Below are positions 36,211-40,782 of a DNA stretch of 40,782 bases, piece after piece (positions within the stretch are counted from its first letter, which is position 1; each line of letters begins with the position of its first letter). The position numbers and the translations under genes were made by a program. The notes below the pieces were generated by a model. The model saw nothing but the letters and a program-made list of their open reading frames with translations, ran no database searches and had not been told where the DNA came from. The DNA comes from a virus. Taxonomy: Duplodnaviria; Caudoviricetes. The stretch spans positions 1 to 40,782 of IMG/VR virus record IMGVR_UViG_3300017700_000448. One strand, written 5' to 3'.

Positions 36211-36239
36211 TTGACGTGCAGCCGTGCCTCCTGTAGGGT
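36211..36239 (+). promoter_or_regulatory. sigma70-type promoter
   Basis: TTGACG-N17-TAGGGT. Confidence 0.55.
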
Positions 36240-36349
36240 GGGGACATGGAGGACGGCGCGCTCGCCCGCTACGTAATCCAAGAGCTTCGGCTCCAGAGCG
36301 CCCCGGAAATGCGGAGTCAGGTCCCGCCGTTCCGGGGCGTTTCCGTATG

Positions 36350-36378
36350 TGGACGCGGGGGCCGGGGCGTGGTATGGT
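36350..36378 (+). promoter_or_regulatory. sigma70-type promoter
   Basis: TGGACG-N17(ending CGTGG)-TATGGT. Confidence 0.55.
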
Positions 36379-36438
36379 GTCGATGGGGCCACTGGCCCGT
36401 GTTGATAGACCGACCCCTAGCAAGAAAGCCCAGACCTG

Positions 36439-36966
36439 ATGTCTCAAGACCTGCCGTCCGCGACGGATATCGCGACCCGCCTGAACAACGCCCGCAACGG
36501 CCTGAACGACCTCAACGAGCAGATGCGCGGGGTCATCGAGCGGATGCGCAAGTCCGGCGACCTCCCGGAAACCTGCCGGGGGTACAAGGAAATGAACGAC
36601 GCCTACGAGGCCATGAACAACGTCCGCAAGGAACTGTTCGAGCAGCTTGAAGGCGTCAGCCGAGCGACCATCCCGGAAATGCTCGCGGAGCAGAAGGTCC
36701 CGAACATCACCGTCACCTACCACGACGGCCTCAACTACCGGTTCGGCAAGAACCAGCGCGTCAGCGTTTCCATCGTCGAGGGTCAGAAGGAACTGGCCTA
36801 CGACTGGCTTCGGGCCAACGGGGGCGAGGCGCTCATCCAGCCCACCGTCAACTCGTCCAAGCTGGCCTCTTTCGCCAAGGAAGTCGCGAAGGAGAAGGGC
36901 ATGGACCTCCCCCTCGACAAATTCAAGACCAGCAGCATGGTCTACACCAGCATCACCAAGGCGTAA
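36439..36966 (+). CDS. conserved phage replication-module protein (coiled coil plus beta domain)
   Basis: IPEML, AYDWLRANGGEALIQPTVN..L pattern, commonly seen next to phage SSB genes. Confidence 0.7.
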   Translation: MSQDLPSATDIATRLNNARNGLNDLNEQMRGVIERMRKSGDLPETCRGYKEMNDAYEAMNNVRKELFEQLEGVSRATIPEMLAEQKVPNITVTYHDGLNYRFGKNQRVSVSIVEGQKELAYDWLRANGGEALIQPTVNSSKLASFAKEVAKEKGMDLPLDKFKTSSMVYTSITKA

Positions 36967-37045
36967 GCCTTCGTGTGGGCGTCACCTGCCCTTCGAGTGG
37001 TGAGTTAGCCGGGGCAACCGGCCTTTTAATGGAAAAGGTGTACAG

Positions 37046-37897
37046 ATGGCCAAGGCCCCTGTGAAGAAAGACGAAACGAACAACGAACTGGCGGCAGTCG
37101 GCGTCGGGCAAGTCCCGGCGTTCCTGCAGAACACCGATCGCGGCTCCCACCTGCAAGGGATGGACAGCAGCGACTTCATCGTCCCCCGCATCAAGCTGCT
37201 GCAGGGGATTTCGCCGGAGGTCGAGGCCTTCGACGAGGCCAAGAACGGCGAATTCTGGCTCAACGTGCTGGACAAGCCGCTCGGCAAGACCATCCGCTTC
37301 ATCCCGATCAACAACCGCAAGCGCTATCTGCTGTTGCCGCCCATCGGCGATGATCGGGGCGTTCTGGCCCGCGCCGACGACGGCAGGACCTGGAACACCA
37401 AGGGCGAATGGTCGGTGAAGTTGAAGAACGTTCGCCAGCCGGTCGTCTGGAAGATCGAAGACCTCGATGTCCGCAAGTCGGGCCTCGCGGAATTCGGCAC
37501 CGCCAATCCGGAGGACCCGGACAGCAACCCCGCCGCCACGCTCTTCTACGAGTATCTGGTGTGGCTGCTCGACGTCGACGGCCTTCCCACGCCGGTCCTG
37601 CTCTCCCTCGCCCGTTCCCAGGCGAAGAAGGCTCGGGACCTGAACGGGAAGATCGAGTTCGGCGGCGTCCCGATGCAGGGGATGGTGTTCGAGGCGTCGG
37701 TCGTCGTCGAAAACGGGGCCGAAGGTCCCTACAACAACTACCAGTTCGCGAAGGCGGGCTGGACGACGGAGGAGCAGTTCGCGATGGCCTGCGCCTTCGA
37801 GGAGCGTTTCCGCGACGTCACCTACCGTGGCGAAGACGAGGCCGGTCTGGCCGAAGCTGCGGCGGGCGCTCCCCCGGCGGACAGCAAGGAGTTCTAA
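37046..37897 (+). CDS. putative single-stranded DNA-binding/annealing protein
   Basis: DFIVPRIKLLQGISPEV, beta-rich core, acidic tail ending in Phe, directly upstream of the polymerase. Confidence 0.6.
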   Translation: MAKAPVKKDETNNELAAVGVGQVPAFLQNTDRGSHLQGMDSSDFIVPRIKLLQGISPEVEAFDEAKNGEFWLNVLDKPLGKTIRFIPINNRKRYLLLPPIGDDRGVLARADDGRTWNTKGEWSVKLKNVRQPVVWKIEDLDVRKSGLAEFGTANPEDPDSNPAATLFYEYLVWLLDVDGLPTPVLLSLARSQAKKARDLNGKIEFGGVPMQGMVFEASVVVENGAEGPYNNYQFAKAGWTTEEQFAMACAFEERFRDVTYRGEDEAGLAEAAAGAPPADSKEF

Positions 37898-38020
37898 ACC
37901 GCTCCGAGGCCCTCCGGGGCCATGCTGCGGGCGGCGGGGCCTACCATACCCCGCCGCCTAGCCGCGCCGCTCCCGTACCCCTCCCCGGCCCGCCCTAGGG
38001 CCACCAGCACCGAGGCCCCC

Positions 38021-39856
38021 ATGCAGACCCTAGGCGACCGCGCCGAAATGGCCCTCCGGATTATCCGGGAAGCCCCCCTGATCGTACTGGACGCGGAGAC
38101 GTCGGGGGTCGATTGGCGCGTCAACCAGCCCGTCGGTTACGTTATCACCGAGAGCGCCGAGAACAACTTCTACATTCCGATACGCCACGGCGGCGGTTCG
38201 AACCTGATGGACCCGAACGTTGCGCCGATGCAGACGCCGACCGACAAGATCGTCATCCACGAATGGGAGCGCGAGGCCGCGAAAGCCTTCGAGGTCCGAC
38301 GACAGCGAAACTACAAGACGGTCGGCCACCACCTGAAATTCGACATGCACATGTCCGCGAACGCGGGCATCATGCTGGGCCGCAACTGCGGGTGCACCCA
38401 GAACAACGCCGCCATGCTGGACGAGTACCGGCGGTCCTTCTCTCTCGACAGCGTCGCCAAGTCCGAAGGCGTGACGGCCAAGCTGGGCGAGGAACTCTAC
38501 GCCCACATGGCGCGGCTGTTCGGGGGCGAGGCCAAGCGCTCCATCATGGAACACTACTGGCGGCTTCCGGGGGATGACGCCCTCGGCGTCGATTACGCCC
38601 TAGGCGATGGCGTGACCACCCTGGAAGTGTGGCACAGCCAGCTGAAAGCGATCGAGGAAGAGGACATGAGCCTCATCCACGGCATCGAGAGCGAGTTGAT
38701 CTGGACCCTGTTCCGAATGGAGCGCAGGGGCATCAAGGTCGACGAACGCTACATCGGGGAGTTGGAGGCCGGTATCGCCGAAGAGTTGGCGGCGGCACGG
38801 AGCGTCCTCCCCTCGGGCCTGAACGTCAAGTCGCCGGTCCAGATGAAGGCGCTGTTCGAAGAGGCGGGCATCACCAACTGGCCGACCACGGACGCGGGGA
38901 ACCCGTCCTTCACCGAAGCCTTCCTGAAACGGTCCGAGTTGGGCCGGGCCGTGGTGACCGTTCGCCAGCTGTCGACCCTCGGCTCTTCCTTCATCACGCC
39001 GTTGAAGGAGCGGTTCATCTTCGAGGGCCGGGTCCACGCGACCCTGAACCAGCTGAAAGCGGACGAAACCGGCACGGTCGCCGGGCGGTTGTCCTGTTCG
39101 GACCCCAACCTACAAGCCGTCCACAAGCGGAACAAGGTGCTGGGGCGGAAGTTCCGCAAGGTCTATGTGGCCGACGAGGACATGGACTTCTGCGAGGACG
39201 ACTACAGCCAATGCGAGCCGCGCCTGTTCGCCCACTATTCCCAGGACCCGAACCTGCTGGCCGGGTACAACCAGACCCCGTTCCGCGACGTCCACGACAT
39301 CGTCGCGCAGATGCTGGAGGTCGAGCGCGACCCCACGGCGAAGCGCATGAACATGGGCATCTTCACCGGGATGCAGACCCAATCCTTCGCCGGGCACATG
39401 GGTTGGCCCATCGACAAGGCGACCCAAGCGTTCAACGCGTGGTTTGAGGCGTTCCCCTCCATCAAGGGGTTCCAAGACCAAGCGAAGGCGGTCTTCCGGT
39501 CGCGGGGCTATGTGAAGACCATCCTCGGGCGGCGGTGCCGACTTGAGCAGCCCCGGTTCGCGTATCGCGGGACCTCCCGCATCATTCAGGGCAGCAATGC
39601 CGACATCTTGAAGGAACGGCTGCTGGCATGCGACAAGTACCTGGAAAGCCAAGGGGACCTCGTCCACCTGTTGATGACCGTCCACGATTCCATCGAGTAT
39701 CAGAAGCCGAAGGGGGCCGAGGGCGAGCGCCAACGCGCCGAAATGCGGGCGATCATGACGGACGTTCAGTCAGCCCCCTACAATCTGCGCGTTCCCTTCG
39801 TCATGGACAGCGGCACCGGAAAGAATTGGGCGGAGGCGACGTACGGCCCGGAATAA
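38021..39856 (+). CDS. family A DNA polymerase with 3'-5' exonuclease, probable DpoZ-type (dZTP-selective)
   Basis: Exonuclease motifs LDAETSG, HHLKFD, YALGD. Polymerase motifs TVAGRLSCSDPNLQ, DYSQCEPR (A), AKRMNMGIFTG (B), VHDS (C). Confidence 0.92.
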   Translation: MQTLGDRAEMALRIIREAPLIVLDAETSGVDWRVNQPVGYVITESAENNFYIPIRHGGGSNLMDPNVAPMQTPTDKIVIHEWEREAAKAFEVRRQRNYKTVGHHLKFDMHMSANAGIMLGRNCGCTQNNAAMLDEYRRSFSLDSVAKSEGVTAKLGEELYAHMARLFGGEAKRSIMEHYWRLPGDDALGVDYALGDGVTTLEVWHSQLKAIEEEDMSLIHGIESELIWTLFRMERRGIKVDERYIGELEAGIAEELAAARSVLPSGLNVKSPVQMKALFEEAGITNWPTTDAGNPSFTEAFLKRSELGRAVVTVRQLSTLGSSFITPLKERFIFEGRVHATLNQLKADETGTVAGRLSCSDPNLQAVHKRNKVLGRKFRKVYVADEDMDFCEDDYSQCEPRLFAHYSQDPNLLAGYNQTPFRDVHDIVAQMLEVERDPTAKRMNMGIFTGMQTQSFAGHMGWPIDKATQAFNAWFEAFPSIKGFQDQAKAVFRSRGYVKTILGRRCRLEQPRFAYRGTSRIIQGSNADILKERLLACDKYLESQGDLVHLLMTVHDSIEYQKPKGAEGERQRAEMRAIMTDVQSAPYNLRVPFVMDSGTGKNWAEATYGPE

Positions 39857-39928
39857 CAGTGGGCGACCTAGCGTGGGTGGTGTTAGCGGCTGTCGTGATC
39901 TTCGGCGGCAAAGGACTGGAGAAACTCT

Positions 39929-40147
39929 GTGGGCTTTAGCAACAAACCGGACGTCCAGCTTACGGGCGTCAACTTCGGGCCGCGCGGCAAGAGCCTGTAC
40001 TTTCAGGCCGACGCGTGGGATGAACCGGAATACGTCCCGATCAGCCAGTGCGAATTCGTCCCGGAGGAAATGGCCGAGGAACAGGGCCGGGGCGTAATCA
40101 CCATCCGGGGCTGGCTGGCCGACAAGAACGGCTGGAGGGAGATATAA
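39929..40147 (+). CDS. small conserved phage protein
   Basis: YVPISQ...ITIRGWLADKNG pattern, GGAG RBS plus GTG start. Confidence 0.6.
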   Translation: MGFSNKPDVQLTGVNFGPRGKSLYFQADAWDEPEYVPISQCEFVPEEMAEEQGRGVITIRGWLADKNGWREI

Positions 40148-40434
40148 GGAAGGCCCGACATGGCGAAGTCACGTGCCGTTGTCGGGCATACCGGTTCCCC
40201 CATCGGTTCAGCGGCGGGGCTTGCACAGGAGCGCAGCTTGTCGAGGAACAGTGGGAGAACAGCTACGGCGGCGGGGCATGCCGGGAATGCCTCAACCTAG
40301 ACGACGAGTACGGCGTTCCGTCCTGTCAGGTCGTCAATGGCGCAGAACGCGTCGAGCATTGCCCCGTGTGGGCGGAGTATGTTAGAGTTAACGAGATTAG
40401 ACTGGTGGGACCCCGATGGCAAGCGATGAACTAG
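40144..40434 (+). CDS. Cys-rich hypothetical protein (start uncertain)
   Basis: CRCRAYRFPHR...C..CREC..C..C. It fills the gap before the nuclease gene. Confidence 0.45.
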   Translation: MRKARHGEVTCRCRAYRFPHRFSGGACTGAQLVEEQWENSYGGGACRECLNLDDEYGVPSCQVVNGAERVEHCPVWAEYVRVNEIRLVGPRWQAMN

Positions 40435-40782
40435 GCGTACAGACGAAGATCATCAAGTCCGTCCGACGCGACGGCGGTTACGCGAGGAAGGCGAGCAACC
40501 GGTTCGCCATCGGGGTGCCCGACTTGACGGTGGCGCTCCCGCCCTTCGCCCCCTGCCTCATAGAAGTCAAGGACTTCGGCAAGGTGGCGGACACGTTCAA
40601 CCGCCAGATCGACGTCACGGACAAACAGGCGTACGAACTGGAAATCTTCTCCAAGCCCTACGAGGACGCGGGCCTCGGGCGGGTGGGCTTCCTGGCCGTG
40701 TCGCTCGTCCACCGGGGCGAGCATCGGCTGGTCCTGATGCCTCGGGAAGCGGAGCGCCTGTCCGACGCTTACGAAGCCACCC
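40416..40782 (+). CDS. VRR-NUC/PD-(D/E)XK nuclease (possible resolvase), continues at 124..221
   Basis: Hand translation: MASDELGVQTKII...IGVPDL...LIEVK...TDKQ. Confidence 0.8.
   Translation, partial: MASDELGVQTKIIKSVRRDGGYARKASNRFAIGVPDLTVALPPFAPCLIEVKDFGKVADTFNRQIDVTDKQAYELEIFSKPYEDAGLGRVGFLAVSLVHRGEHRLVLMPREAERLSDAYEAT
40660..40782. repeat. 123-bp terminal overlap, identical to 1..123
   Basis: Direct comparison. Confidence 0.95.

Noticed and set aside
36246-36650. Leaderless 134-aa ORF after the 36211 promoter
   Set aside because: It overlaps a second promoter and more than 200 bp of a better gene and has poor coding character. A short product is not excluded.
37922-38020. N-terminal extensions given by the ORF track (polymerase 37922, helicase 3261, 25901, 27171, 35416, 7372)
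   Set aside because: They run through promoters, hairpins or neighbouring genes. Downstream starts have an RBS or stop-start coupling.
1-40782. tRNA or rRNA genes, introns, inteins
   Set aside because: None were recognised by eye. A tRNA and Rfam scan would be needed to exclude them.

Overview
This window looks like a complete, circularly assembled genome of a GC-rich lytic podovirus. The first 123 bp repeat the last 123 bp and split a nuclease gene, giving a unit length of about 40,659 bp. The minus strand (25572 to 5083) carries a P22-like morphogenesis and lysis arm: TerS/TerL, portal, scaffold, N4-gp56-type capsid, gp4/gp10-like tail parts, ejection proteins, tail fibre, GH108 endolysin and nested Rz/Rz1. 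The plus strand (26126 through the junction to 5006) carries early genes, a primase-helicase, an SSB-like protein, a family A polymerase, a VRR-NUC nuclease and a SNF2-like helicase. It also carries a 2-aminoadenine (Z) cassette: PurZ, a MazG-like pyrophosphatase, a DatZ-like HD hydrolase and extra unexplained genes, so the phage very probably replaces A with Z in its DNA. The most unusual signal is a 1.4-1.9 kb segment at the divergence point that almost completely lacks the dinucleotide AT, even inside coding sequence. It coincides with CtrA-like boxes, early promoters, a 13-bp array and a cruciform. No integrase, tRNA or CRISPR array was seen. An alphaproteobacterial host is inferred only from promoter features. 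All family calls come from motif recognition by eye and all counts are hand counts.
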